Position numbers and translations under genes: made by a program
The notes under the pieces: model-generated
What the model saw: only the letters and a program-made list of their open reading frames with translations
Databases searched by the model: none
What the model was told of the DNA's origin: nothing
Assembly (NCBI GenBank): GCA_027035985.1
Contig: JALVTI010000046.1
Span: forward strand, 1-45,389
DNA length: 45,389 bases
Reading direction: 5' to 3'
DNA from: Aquificales bacterium
GTDB lineage: Bacteria > Aquificota > Aquificia > Aquificales > QOAS01
In this document: positions 1-9,619 of the stretch, in pieces
How the letters are laid out: every line of letters starts with the position of its first letter
Numbering within the stretch: position 1 is the first letter of the stretch

Positions 1-117
1 AGAATGCTCCCCAAAAACAAACTGGGACACAGAATGATGAAAAGACTAAAGGTTTACGCGGGTCCCAATCACCCCCACCAGGCACAGCAACCCAAACCCT
101 TAGAAATTAACGCATAA
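1..117 (+). CDS. rplM: 50S ribosomal protein L13, 3' end (partial, runs off the window start)
   Basis: Frame 1 reads [38 protein letters not shown], which is the conserved L13 C-terminus. rpsI follows 19 nt later, as in the conserved rplM-rpsI operon. Confidence 0.85.
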   Translation, partial: RMLPKNKLGHRMMKRLKVYAGPNHPHQAQQPKPLEINA

Positions 118-136
118 TTAGAATAGGAGGATAAGG

Positions 137-571
137 ATGCAAAAACTTAAAGATTTCAAAATAACCCCCGATAACTCCTTTTACGCAACCGGCAAACGTA
201 AGGAGTCCATAGCAAAGGTTTGGCTCATCCCCGGATTGGACAAGCAGATTGTCAGAACCCAAAGCGGTAAGGAGTACAACGTAAAAGATTACGTAATGAG
301 GGAAACCCTCTATAACAAGATACTCATTCCATTCAAAATTACCGGCACCGAAGGAAAGTTCGGCATATTTGCCGAGGTAATAGGCGGCGGTATTACCGGT
401 CAAGCCGAAGCCATTATGTACGGCATCGCAAAAGCTCTGCTGGCTTACAACCCCGACCTGCGTCCCAAGCTCAAAAAGGCGGGATTGCTCACCAGGGACG
501 CCAGGGAGAAGGAAAGGAAAAAATACGACCAAATGGGTGCCCGTGCGAAATACCGCTGGTCGAAGCGTTAA
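137..571 (+). CDS. rpsI: 30S ribosomal protein S9
   Basis: The 144-aa ORF carries YATGKRKESIAKVWL, GGGITGQAEAI and LTRDAREKERKKY, and ends in RWSKR, all typical of S9. GGAGG lies 8 nt upstream of the ATG. Confidence 0.95.
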   Translation: MQKLKDFKITPDNSFYATGKRKESIAKVWLIPGLDKQIVRTQSGKEYNVKDYVMRETLYNKILIPFKITGTEGKFGIFAEVIGGGITGQAEAIMYGIAKALLAYNPDLRPKLKKAGLLTRDAREKERKKYDQMGARAKYRWSKR

Positions 572-660
572 TTTCCACCTATTTCTTTCCTTTTTTTCAA
601 TCCCCGTAAAATACCTCTCTCTTATATATTCCCCAAAAAATTTTCTCGGAGGTGATAAAG

Positions 661-1863
661 TTGGCGAATGTCGTAGTTTCCTTAATGGATTTTAAACCCG
701 TTTACGAAAACCCCGTCGAAATTGTGGAACGTAAAGGGACGGGGCACCCCGACACCATTTGCGACAATTTGGCGGAAGAGCTTTCGGTTGCCCTGTGCAA
801 GCTTTATCTGGAGGAGTTCGGTTTTGTCCAGCACCACAACGTAGATAAAGCTTTGTTGGTGGGCGGTGTAGCAGACCCGAAATTCAAAGGCGGGGAGATA
901 ATCACCCCTATCGAAATATACCTGGTTGGTAGGGCTATTAAGGAAAAGGATGGAAAACCTCTGCCCGTTGACGAATTGGCTATAGAGGTCGCCAAGAAAT
1001 GGTTGAGGGAAAATATAAGGAACCTCGACCCGGAAAAACACGTAATAATAACCCCCAAAATCAGACCTGGAAGCAAAGATCTGGTCGAGCTCTTCGAAAG
1101 GTTTGCCAAAAAGGGTGAGGTTCCCCTTGCAAACGATACCTCCTTTGCGGTGGGATACGCCCCCTTCGACGACCTGGAAAAGGTTGTTTACAACACGGAA
1201 AGATACCTAAATTCGGCGGAATTCAAAAAGGAACACCCCTATCTTGGTGAGGACATCAAAGTTATGGGTGTCCGTTTGGGGAACAAAATAAGGATTACTA
1301 TAGCGGCGGCTTTTGTGGATAAATTTGTGGATAACGTCGACGACTATCTGGCTAAGAAAGAAATCGTCAAACAAAAAGCCCTGGAAAACGCCGCCAAGTA
1401 TACCGACAAAGAGGTTGAGATTTTTGTTAATACTGCGGACAACCCCGCCGACGGCTCGGTTTATATCACCGTTACCGGAACATCGGCGGAAGCTGGTGAC
1501 GACGGACAGGTTGGAAGGGGTAACAGACCAAACGGATTGATAACTCCTTATAGACCTATGACTTTGGAAGCCGCCGCGGGTAAAAACCCAGTATCCCACG
1601 TAGGAAAAATTTATTCCGCCGTAGCGAATATCATCGCCAACAGGGTTGTAAACGAAATCGAAGAGATTGAAGAGGCATACTGCTACATGGTTTCCCAAAT
1701 CGGAAAACCGATTACCGAACCGCAGGCTTGCGATGTTAAGGTCAGAACTAAAAGGGACATTAAAGGTATAGAAGAACTTATAAAGAAAATTGCGGAAGAG
1801 GAGATAGCCCAAATTCCCGACATTTGGAAGGGATACGTGGAAAAGAAATTTACCGTCGCCTAA
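661..1863 (+). CDS. S-adenosylmethionine synthetase, archaeal-type (MAT)
   Basis: VEIVERKGTGHPDTICDNLAEELSVALCKLYLEEFG and the roughly 400-aa length match the archaeal MAT class rather than bacterial MetK. The track ORF begins at GTG 652, but that codon sits inside the SD GGAGGTGA. TTG 661 has the same SD spacing as the tkt C-subunit ATG (GGAGGTGATAAA-start), so 661 is preferred. Confidence 0.85.
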   Translation: MANVVVSLMDFKPVYENPVEIVERKGTGHPDTICDNLAEELSVALCKLYLEEFGFVQHHNVDKALLVGGVADPKFKGGEIITPIEIYLVGRAIKEKDGKPLPVDELAIEVAKKWLRENIRNLDPEKHVIITPKIRPGSKDLVELFERFAKKGEVPLANDTSFAVGYAPFDDLEKVVYNTERYLNSAEFKKEHPYLGEDIKVMGVRLGNKIRITIAAAFVDKFVDNVDDYLAKKEIVKQKALENAAKYTDKEVEIFVNTADNPADGSVYITVTGTSAEAGDDGQVGRGNRPNGLITPYRPMTLEAAAGKNPVSHVGKIYSAVANIIANRVVNEIEEIEEAYCYMVSQIGKPITEPQACDVKVRTKRDIKGIEELIKKIAEEEIAQIPDIWKGYVEKKFTVA

Positions 1864-2957
1864 TTTTCCAAAACCTTCTGTAGGACCTTTTCCAGTTCCC
1901 CTTTCAGTTGACCCTTTACTTTCTCCACCGTTTGGTTTAAAGTTTTGGTAACCTCCTTGACCGTTTCATCTGTTGCGTTTTTCAACACCCCAACGGGATT
2001 GGTAGCGGCGCCACCCTTAGAGGTGGGTAAAAGTCCATTTCCCACCGCAGGGAGAGATATACCTCCTATCTCCACCTTTGGGTGGTCTGCGGTTCCGGTC
2101 ACGTGAACTACTACCTTAGCCGGTGTGTAGAGGGCTAGGGTAATGTCCAATTCTTTAGTCAAGCGATTGTATCTAGACCCCTTATAGATTTCGGCGAACA
2201 GAACATTTCCGACGGTGTAAGCTTTGGTGTTCCTTTTAACGAAAACAATCCAGGGTCCATCAACCGCAACGGTTCCCACAACGCGGGTAAGTGTGAGGTT
2301 TTCCCACTGCGACTTTTGGAGTAATACCGCCAGTTGGGGCAGAAAGGGATTATTCCTTATATGCCAATTGAAAATGGTAAAATCAGCTACCGTTTTCGGG
2401 GTGTTTGGATTGGAGAAATCGCCAACACCTTCAACGGTAAAGTCGGCGTCGTTGTTCATCCCTACAAAGGTTCCGTTTACCCAATAGGAAACCTCTTTAA
2501 GGGTGTTTACGTTTACCTTGGCAAATACCTTTTTGAGTTCAAATTCCAAAGGTTTAACCTCACCGGGAGTGTAGGGTATCCCAAAGGCCACCGCCACATT
2601 GGTCGCGTTATCCGCCCTCCTAATAAAGTGGAAATACAAATTGTCGATATCCAAATCTAGGTAAGGTTTAAACTCCCAATAGACCTTCAAAGGAGCGGAC
2701 AAAACTATCCTATCCGCAGAAAGGAGTTTTCCACCACCAAACCCCGGTGGGTTTCCTATTTCCAATCCGTCAACTTCAAGACGGGTTAAAAGCCAATTAA
2801 CCTTTACATCCTTCACCTCTGCGGGGGCGTTAACCCTACTTTGCAATAGGGCATTTAGCAGAGGTTTCGCCGTAAGCTTTAACAGCGCTACGGTGGCTAT
2901 TGTGGGTAACACCACAAACAGCACCAAAAATAGGAAGAGCCTTTTTATCCACTTCAT
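1860..2957 (-). CDS. Membrane-anchored AsmA-like protein (hypothetical)
   Basis: 365 aa with an N-terminal TM anchor (LFLFLVLFVVLPTIATVALL), a beta-rich body and a K/E-rich C-terminal helix. The N-terminal region (VKDVKVNWLLTRLEVDGLEIGNPPGFGGGKLLSADRIVLS) resembles the AsmA family. It is the last gene of the efflux operon. Confidence 0.4.
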   Translation of the reverse strand: MKWIKRLFLFLVLFVVLPTIATVALLKLTAKPLLNALLQSRVNAPAEVKDVKVNWLLTRLEVDGLEIGNPPGFGGGKLLSADRIVLSAPLKVYWEFKPYLDLDIDNLYFHFIRRADNATNVAVAFGIPYTPGEVKPLEFELKKVFAKVNVNTLKEVSYWVNGTFVGMNNDADFTVEGVGDFSNPNTPKTVADFTIFNWHIRNNPFLPQLAVLLQKSQWENLTLTRVVGTVAVDGPWIVFVKRNTKAYTVGNVLFAEIYKGSRYNRLTKELDITLALYTPAKVVVHVTGTADHPKVEIGGISLPAVGNGLLPTSKGGAATNPVGVLKNATDETVKEVTKTLNQTVEKVKGQLKGELEKVLQKVLEN

Positions 2958-3001
2958 AAGGAAGAAATAGATTAGGGATGAAGGAGAAGAAAACCAGAAG
3001 A

Positions 3002-6000
3002 TTAGTCCGCCAAGAGGTCTTTTTTAACCTCTTCAGGGGAGGGCACGACATAACCGGGCTGTTTCTTTAGCCGCTTCAGTTTGGAGTAGTAATACATTAC
3101 GGGTATCAACACCAGCGTTAGGGTGGTCGAACCTATCGTTCCGAATATTAGGGAAACCGCCAGTCCGTTGAATATCGGGTCGAAAATGATAACGAATGCT
3201 CCGACTATCAGCGCAGCTGCAGTTAGCAAAACGGGACGGGTTCTTATAACACCGGACTCAACAACGGCAACGTGCAGAGGAACCCCTTCCCTCAGTCTCT
3301 GTTCCGCAAAGTCGACCAACAGTATTGAGTTACGGATGATAATTCCCGCGAGTGCGATAAATCCTATCATCGAAGTTGCGGTGAAGAAGACGTTGCCCAT
3401 TATCTTGTCCATAAGCCAGTGACCAGGAATGATACCGACCAAGGTTAGGGGAATAGGAGCCATTATAATGCCGGGGATTCTGTAGTCTTTAAACCAAGCC
3501 AATATGAGCACCCATATTAGGAAGACCGCACCCGCAAAGGCTAAACCGAGGTCTTTGAAAACCCTAATAGTGATATGTATTTCTCCACTCCATCTAATGG
3601 CAACGTGCTTGTCTCCTGGAGGAGGGAAATAATACCAATATTCCTCGATTTTTCCATAGGGATTAGGAATTGAAAGCACCTTATTCCTCACATTGAGGAT
3701 GGAGTAAATCGGAGCCTCATACTTTCCTGCAACATCTCCGCACACGTAAACCACCCTTCTCATATTCTCCCTGTAGATTGTATGCTCAACAGGTACCTTT
3801 TCGACCTTGACCAGCTCTTTGAGGGGAACCTCTTTCCCTAGGGGGGTCATTATTTTTGTGTTCAGCAATCTGTCTATACCGCTAACCTTCCCTTCAGGAA
3901 ATTTGACAATCAGGGGAACCTTTTCGAAATCAGTGGTTTTGAGGGTGGTCACATCGTAGCCGTGAAGAGCCATTGCCACGATAGCCCAAATTTGCTTTTT
4001 ATCTAATCCATTTTGCTTAGCCTTCTGTTCATCGATTTCAATTCTATATTTTTTGCGGTCTACATCAGCGTAAATCGCCACATCGGTAATAGAAGGTGAC
4101 TCCTCAAATATCTGTCTAACCTTCCAAGCCACCTCCTGGGCGACCTTATAGTTATGGCTGTAAACTTCAGCCACTATAGGTGACAGTACCGGGGGTCCTG
4201 CAGGAATTTCTACAACTTGTAGATTTTTCACACCAAGTTTCTTAGCAAGGGGATGAAGTTTTTTTCGCAATAGTTTAGCAAATTGGTGCGAAGTTATAGA
4301 ACGATATTCTTTATCTACAAGATCGATGTGTATCTCTGCTTGCCATGGATATTTACGCAAATAGTAGTGTCTAACTAAACCGTTAAAGTCGAAGGGAGCC
4401 GCCGTTCCGACATAAATTTGGTAGTCGGTAACGATATTTTGTTTTTTAATAACTTTATCTGCTAGAATCTTTGCTACATTAACCGTCCTTTCTAAGGATG
4501 TACCTTCAGGCATATCTATAACGACATCTAGCTCAGATTTATTATCGTAAGGGAGAAGTTTAACCACAACCCATTTGGCGACCAGCATCCAGAGGGAAAA
4601 GGCGAGCATTGCCAATACGGTTAGGTAGAAAGCCCACTTTTTGGCGGGAGAGGTTATCAGAGGAACCACTATTTTGGTGTAGAGTTTCCAGAAGAAGGTT
4701 TTTCTAACGTCGTATTCCTCGTGAACGTGGACGTTCTTAAGTAGCAGATAAGACGCCCAAGGGGTTATCGTAAAGGCAATGAGTGCGGAAAGGGCTATTG
4801 CCGTAGAGGCGTTGATGGGTATCGGTCTCATGTAAGGACCCATAAGACCGCCGACGAACGCCATGGGGATAAGTGCCGCTATTATGGTTGCCGTTGCCAA
4901 GATATTGGGGTTTCCAACCTCGTCGGTGGCGAGAATGATAGCCTCTCGGGGGGTAACCTTACCCATAGACATCCAACGGTGGATGTTTTCGATAACGACT
5001 ATCGCGGCATCGACCAAAACACCTATTGAGAAAATTAACGCAAACAGGGTGACCCTGTTTAGGGTAAATCCGTAAAGTTTGCTGAAGAACAGTGTCAGAG
5101 CCAAAATAACGGGGACGGTTATACCTACGACTATAGCCTCTCTCCAGCCGAGCGCAACGGCTATCAGCAACACAACCGAGAAAGTGGCTATAAACAGGTG
5201 CTTTATAAGTTCGTCGAATTTCTCTTCTGCGGTCTTTCCGTAGTTTCTGGTAACGGTTACGTGAACGTCGTCGGGAATGATGGTTCCCTTCATCCTCTCG
5301 ACGGCTTTGAGAACCTCCTCGGCAACATCAACGGCGTTAGTTCCCTTTTTCTTTGCTATGGCAATCGTTACAGCAGGGAGTTCACCCTTGAGGTCTTCCT
5401 TTATACCCTTTTCCTCGTGGGCGGGACCCGTTCCGAAGAGGACGTAATGCTTAACCTCTCCGGGACCGTCGACAACTTTTGCTATATCTTTCAAAAAGAC
5501 CGGCTTACCCCTGTAAACGGCAACCACTATGTTTTCAACATCTCTCTTATTCTTTATAAATTTTCCAGTTTGAACGGTTATAACTTTGTTGTCCTTTATA
5601 AAAAATCCGTTATCCCCACCAAAGTTGGCGGCTTTTAAAACTTGGATAACCTGTAAAGGATTTATGTGATAAGCTTCCAACTTTTGAGGATCTAGATAAA
5701 CCGTTATCTTTCTTTTTTCCCCTCCAACAATAAAAACATCGGAGACTCCGTGAATCTTAGTTAGCTCCTCTTCGAGAGCTGCCGCTATACGGTAGAGTTC
5801 GTAAGAATCATAGTTTTTCCCCCATAGGGTTAGGGTAAGTATAGGAACATCATTTACCGACTTCGATATTATTAGAGGGGGAAGTTTTACACCGTCGGGA
5901 ACTTTATTAATTCCTTCCATAAGCTTAGAGTTGAGCTCAACCAGAGCCTTCACTGGGTCGGTTCCGACATAAAACCTAGCGGTTACTATTCCCCAGCCAT

Positions 6001-6280
6001 CACCCGCGGCGGAATAGAGATATTCAATATCCTTCAGTTGCCAAAGTTGGTGCTCTATGGGTTCGACAACTTTTTTTTCAACAACCGGCGGCGTCGCCCC
6101 CGGATACCGAACGATAACGTCTATCATGGGAACGACGATATCGGGGTCTTCCTGTTTAGGAGTTGTCATAACGGCTATAAAGCCGAGAAAGAACGAGACT
6201 ATAACCAGTATTCCAGTCACTTTGTTATCTATAAAAGCAGCGGCTAATTTTCCCGCCAAACCTTTACCAATGGCTTCCAT
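3002..6280 (-). CDS. RND efflux transporter permease (AcrB/CzcA superfamily)
   Basis: 1092 aa with two TM bundles separated by large soluble loops. RND-typical segments include VTLFALIFSIGVLVDAAIVVIENI and GFIALAGIIIRNSILLVDFAE. It lies downstream of the MFP and OMF genes. Confidence 0.9.
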   Translation of the reverse strand: MEAIGKGLAGKLAAAFIDNKVTGILVIVSFFLGFIAVMTTPKQEDPDIVVPMIDVIVRYPGATPPVVEKKVVEPIEHQLWQLKDIEYLYSAAGDGWGIVTARFYVGTDPVKALVELNSKLMEGINKVPDGVKLPPLIISKSVNDVPILTLTLWGKNYDSYELYRIAAALEEELTKIHGVSDVFIVGGEKRKITVYLDPQKLEAYHINPLQVIQVLKAANFGGDNGFFIKDNKVITVQTGKFIKNKRDVENIVVAVYRGKPVFLKDIAKVVDGPGEVKHYVLFGTGPAHEEKGIKEDLKGELPAVTIAIAKKKGTNAVDVAEEVLKAVERMKGTIIPDDVHVTVTRNYGKTAEEKFDELIKHLFIATFSVVLLIAVALGWREAIVVGITVPVILALTLFFSKLYGFTLNRVTLFALIFSIGVLVDAAIVVIENIHRWMSMGKVTPREAIILATDEVGNPNILATATIIAALIPMAFVGGLMGPYMRPIPINASTAIALSALIAFTITPWASYLLLKNVHVHEEYDVRKTFFWKLYTKIVVPLITSPAKKWAFYLTVLAMLAFSLWMLVAKWVVVKLLPYDNKSELDVVIDMPEGTSLERTVNVAKILADKVIKKQNIVTDYQIYVGTAAPFDFNGLVRHYYLRKYPWQAEIHIDLVDKEYRSITSHQFAKLLRKKLHPLAKKLGVKNLQVVEIPAGPPVLSPIVAEVYSHNYKVAQEVAWKVRQIFEESPSITDVAIYADVDRKKYRIEIDEQKAKQNGLDKKQIWAIVAMALHGYDVTTLKTTDFEKVPLIVKFPEGKVSGIDRLLNTKIMTPLGKEVPLKELVKVEKVPVEHTIYRENMRRVVYVCGDVAGKYEAPIYSILNVRNKVLSIPNPYGKIEEYWYYFPPPGDKHVAIRWSGEIHITIRVFKDLGLAFAGAVFLIWVLILAWFKDYRIPGIIMAPIPLTLVGIIPGHWLMDKIMGNVFFTATSMIGFIALAGIIIRNSILLVDFAEQRLREGVPLHVAVVESGVIRTRPVLLTAAALIVGAFVIIFDPIFNGLAVSLIFGTIGSTTLTLVLIPVMYYYSKLKRLKKQPGYVVPSPEEVKKDLLAD

Positions 6281-6311
6281 CTACCTCCCTCCCCTAATTG
6301 GCTTTTTGGCT

Positions 6312-7394
6312 TTAAACGCTGGAAACGGCACAACCGTCGCAAGCCTTTTGAACACCTTCCACAACGATTTTTTCCCCGGGTTTCAAACCGGCAAGAACTT
6401 CCACCTTATCGCCAAAGGTTAGACCCAGTCGGACAAACCTCAAATGGATTATACCGTTTTTGTCCACCACATAAACAGCCGTAAAGTCTCCCCACTTGAA
6501 TACCGCACTTTTAGGAATAAGAATGACATTATTCTTTTTCGCCTCGGGAACTTCAACATAGACCGATTTTCCGGAAATAACCTTGCAGTTTTCCGGTAAG
6601 GAAACCTTTACAAGGAAACTTCTGCTCATCGGGTCAACCGAAGCAGCTATATGCTTAACCTTCCCCTCTACGGTTTTTCCGTTGACCTCCACCTTTAGGG
6701 TCTGCCCTTTTCTAATTTTTCCGAAAAAGCGTTCAGGGAGGTATACTGCAACTTCGTAAGGGGGTTTATCTACTTCTATAAGGAAACTGCCAGGACCGAC
6801 AAAATCACCTACATCTGCTGGTTTTATTGCAACCACTCCGTCAAAGGGAGCTTTTATTTTGGCATACCTCAAGTTGTTTTCTATTGCCTTTAGAGCCGCT
6901 TCGAGTGCCTTGACGGAATTTTCCAAAGCCTCGTATTGGGCTTTAGCCATATCCAATTGCTGTTGGGTAACCCCACCGACATCCTTTAGGGCTAGCAGTC
7001 TTTCGTAGGTTCTTTTTGCCGCCCAAGCCTGCGCCTTTGTAGCCTCTACTTGGTGGAGAAGGGACTCCTTACGGGCGATTAAATCTTTTGGGTCTATAAC
7101 CATTAAAAGTTGACCCTTTTTAACCCTATCCCCTATGTGAACATAAATTTTTTCGACAAAACCGGCTATACGGGTCGATATCCTAGCCGTATCCTGAGCT
7201 ATAACCGTTCCCGCGAAGCGGGCAACGATATTCAAATTTTGGGGTTTTACGGTTTCCACCTTCAACCCGCTAACCTTTTTGGGAGTTTCGTGAACCTCTG
7301 CGGGTGCTATCTTGGGCTGAAATACCCCACCCAACCACGCAACGGTTAGAGCCATTACCCCGGTAAAACCGCTCCATTTGAGCAGTTCTTTCAT
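6312..7394 (-). CDS. RND efflux periplasmic adaptor (membrane fusion protein, HlyD/AcrA family)
   Basis: 360 aa with an N-terminal anchor, a coiled-coil hairpin (QQQLDMAKAQYEALENSVKALEAALKAIENNLRYAKIKAPFDGVV) and a beta-barrel C-terminus. Its ATG overlaps the upstream stop as TAATG. Confidence 0.85.
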   Translation of the reverse strand: MKELLKWSGFTGVMALTVAWLGGVFQPKIAPAEVHETPKKVSGLKVETVKPQNLNIVARFAGTVIAQDTARISTRIAGFVEKIYVHIGDRVKKGQLLMVIDPKDLIARKESLLHQVEATKAQAWAAKRTYERLLALKDVGGVTQQQLDMAKAQYEALENSVKALEAALKAIENNLRYAKIKAPFDGVVAIKPADVGDFVGPGSFLIEVDKPPYEVAVYLPERFFGKIRKGQTLKVEVNGKTVEGKVKHIAASVDPMSRSFLVKVSLPENCKVISGKSVYVEVPEAKKNNVILIPKSAVFKWGDFTAVYVVDKNGIIHLRFVRLGLTFGDKVEVLAGLKPGEKIVVEGVQKACDGCAVSSV

Positions 7395-8773
7395 TACTTA
7401 ACCACCTCCAAAATTTTTCCTGCCGTGTTGTAGAGGTCTAAATAAGCCTTATTGCAGTTGTAGAGGGCTTTTACCCTATCAAAGCGCGCCATATCCAACT
7501 GGCTTTGAACGTCCAAAAGGTCAACGATACGGGCTAATCCCTGTTTGTATCTGGCTTCGACAATTTTAAGGGATTCCTCCGCCTGTTTAATCTCGGTTTC
7601 CGCCTCTACCAACTGCGCGTAGGCGGTTTCGTAGTCCTTAAAGGCTTTGGAGAGCTGGAACTTGATCCCTTTACGGGCGAAATCTAGGGTGGTTTGCAGT
7701 TCCCTTTCCTTCTCTTTCAGCATGCGGACCTTGTTAAAGGCGTTTAGACCGTCGAACAGCTTCCACTGAAAGCCCACACCGACCATATAGGAGTTTGCGA
7801 TGAAATTACCCACCCTGTTGTTGTCGTAGAGGTCATACTGCGCGAAAGCCACAAAATCGGGTAGGTAGTTGCCCCACGTAGCCTTTTTGTAATACTTAAC
7901 CGCGGAAATACCCTCCTTTAGAGCCAAAAGGTCCTTTCTCGCATTTATAGCCCACGTGTAGAGTTCCGAAAGATGTCCCTCCACCTTTACGGGGGACGGG
8001 CAGAACATCCTCCCCTTCACGGAAATGTCTTCGGGAGACCAATTTTTGTTCAGGAGAAAAGCCAAAGCCTTTTTAGCCACGTATAGGTGGTTTTTAGCCT
8101 CTATATACTTTGCCTTTACGGTTTCGTAATAAACCTTCACCCTTAGGAGGTCGGAATAAAGAGCCATTCCCACTTTGTACATCTTTTGGACAACCTTTAG
8201 GTGGTGTTCCACATCTTTTAAAGCCGTTTCGGTAGCCCTTACCGCCGCCTTTGCGTAGAGGGTTTTCAGGAAGGTATCGGCGACGTTGTAAGCAACCTCT
8301 TCGGTCTTCCTCCCCGCCAAAAGGTCTTGGGCTTTCCACTCGAGATATTTACCCCTTATCATATTACGGACTTTTCCGCCCATCCATATGGGAACCTGTA
8401 GGGAGAATTTGAGGTCGTAAAGCTGGTTGCTTCCCGGATTGTTGAAATAGTCCTGCATAGCCATAAAGGCTTGAGCCAATCCTCCCACCGTCATAGATGA
8501 GGGTTGGGGAAATTGCAACGAGTGGGTGTTCATCCGAAACATAATCGAATAGGGGGGCTGATTGGTTCTCGAAAAGAAATAGCTCGCCGAAATTTGAGGA
8601 AAGAGAAAACCCTTCGCCGCCCTGTACTCGTAATACTTTTCGAGGACTTTATACCTTTCGGCCTTTAGTTGGAGGTTATCCTTTATAGCTATATCCACCG
8701 CCTTTTGGAGGGTCAATTCGACCCCCCAGAGGGTAGAGGTTGCCATTAATCCCGCCAAGAGGAGTTTTTTCAT
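7394..8773 (-). CDS. TolC-family outer membrane efflux protein
   Basis: The signal peptide [17 protein letters not shown] is followed by a duplicated helix/beta pattern typical of outer membrane factors. ATG 8773 has GGGAGG 6 nt upstream. The track ORF extends 12 codons further, to 8809. Confidence 0.8.
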   Translation of the reverse strand: MKKLLLAGLMATSTLWGVELTLQKAVDIAIKDNLQLKAERYKVLEKYYEYRAAKGFLFPQISASYFFSRTNQPPYSIMFRMNTHSLQFPQPSSMTVGGLAQAFMAMQDYFNNPGSNQLYDLKFSLQVPIWMGGKVRNMIRGKYLEWKAQDLLAGRKTEEVAYNVADTFLKTLYAKAAVRATETALKDVEHHLKVVQKMYKVGMALYSDLLRVKVYYETVKAKYIEAKNHLYVAKKALAFLLNKNWSPEDISVKGRMFCPSPVKVEGHLSELYTWAINARKDLLALKEGISAVKYYKKATWGNYLPDFVAFAQYDLYDNNRVGNFIANSYMVGVGFQWKLFDGLNAFNKVRMLKEKERELQTTLDFARKGIKFQLSKAFKDYETAYAQLVEAETEIKQAEESLKIVEARYKQGLARIVDLLDVQSQLDMARFDRVKALYNCNKAYLDLYNTAGKILEVVK

Positions 8774-8936
8774 TCCGGAGCCTCCCAAAGGTTTTAACAG
8801 ATTTAGCATTTTCCACCTTTCGGACTCGGTCGAAGTCCAAAATCAACCCAATAAGAATATTAGAAATATTGCATATTCTATATGCCCGCCATCAATTTCG
8901 AAGACCGGCGGAGGGTATAATTCTCTTTTCCCGACC

Positions 8937-9314
8937 ATGCGGAGGTTTATGCTTAAATCGAAAATCCACCAGATAACGGTTACCGGTTCCGAACTCTACT
9001 ACGAGGGAAGCCTATCCTTGGACGAAGAACTCATGAAACTTGCCAACCTTCTTCCCTACGAAAAGGTGGACGTTTACAACATCAACAACGGGGAAAGGTT
9101 TTCAACCTACATAATACCCGCCCCTGCGGGAAGCGGTATATGCCGTCTCAACGGCGCGGCGGCGCGCAAGGGTGCTAAGGGAGATAAACTCATCATCGTC
9201 TCCTACGCCCTTGTGGAGGAGGAGGAACTGGAAAATTACAAGCCTTCTATCGTGTATATAGGGGAAAATAACACCGTAAAGGCTGTTAAAAGCTTTGAAA
9301 CCACTAAGGTATAG
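8937..9314 (+). CDS. panD: Aspartate 1-decarboxylase proenzyme
   Basis: [12 protein letters not shown]...YYEGSLSLD contains the Gly-Ser self-cleavage site. NGERFSTY...RLNGAAAR...[10 protein letters not shown] matches PanD throughout. Confidence 0.9.
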   Translation: MRRFMLKSKIHQITVTGSELYYEGSLSLDEELMKLANLLPYEKVDVYNINNGERFSTYIIPAPAGSGICRLNGAAARKGAKGDKLIIVSYALVEEEELENYKPSIVYIGENNTVKAVKSFETTKV

Positions 9315-9316
9315 CC

Positions 9317-9559
9317 ATGTCCCTTATAAACCTATTTTTGGTCTTTTACGGATACCTATCCCTCTCCTTTGGTTGGATTTTTTATGGTGTTGTCTTCCTC
9401 TCCTTTGTGGTAACCCTTTACACCGCCTACCGCAGTAGGGATATCTATACGACCGCGGAAAGGTTTATTAATACGATTACTCTCCTGGGGGTTTTCGATT
9501 TGGCGATTTCCTCTTTGATTGCAAGTTTCCTAACCGTTAAGTGGATTTTAAACCTTTGA
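9317..9559 (+). CDS. Small hydrophobic membrane protein (hypothetical)
   Basis: 80 aa with 2-3 predicted TM helices. The ATG lies 2 nt after the panD stop, suggesting translational coupling. No recognisable family. Confidence 0.4.
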   Translation: MSLINLFLVFYGYLSLSFGWIFYGVVFLSFVVTLYTAYRSRDIYTTAERFINTITLLGVFDLAISSLIASFLTVKWILNL

Positions 9560-9575
9560 AATAAACACCGTTTGA

Positions 9576-9581
9576 TAAAAT
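9576..9581 (+). promoter_or_regulatory. Candidate extended -10 (TGATAAAAT) for the rpsF operon
   Basis: TG-n-TAAAAT at 9573-9581 lies about 65 nt upstream of the rpsF ATG. No convincing -35 element was seen. Confidence 0.3.
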
Positions 9582-9584
9582 GAT

Positions 9585-9619
9585 TGCTTTGCCCTGCTTT
9601 CCCCGAAAAGGGGCAAAGC
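9585..9619 (+). promoter_or_regulatory. rpsF 5' leader structure: tandem 10-nt repeat plus a shared complementary arm
   Basis: TGCTTTGCCC (9585-9594) and TGCTTTCCCC (9595-9604) are followed by GAAAA and then GGGGCAAAGC (9610-9619). Either repeat copy can pair with this single 3' arm. Confidence 0.45.

Noticed and set aside
107-532. Long antisense ORFs opposite clearly identified genes: 107-532 vs rpsI; 22056-22571, 22607-23173 and 22632-23039 vs valS; 24373-24960 vs ispG; 40900-41442 vs bcp; 42606-43070 vs the coiled-coil gene; 43973-44500 vs glnA; 32099-32812 vs rpsD/rpsK.
   Set aside because: Each lies fully inside a CDS whose product has unmistakable conserved motifs. Their translations are low-complexity or Ser/Pro/Arg-rich with no motifs. 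These are typical shadow ORFs.
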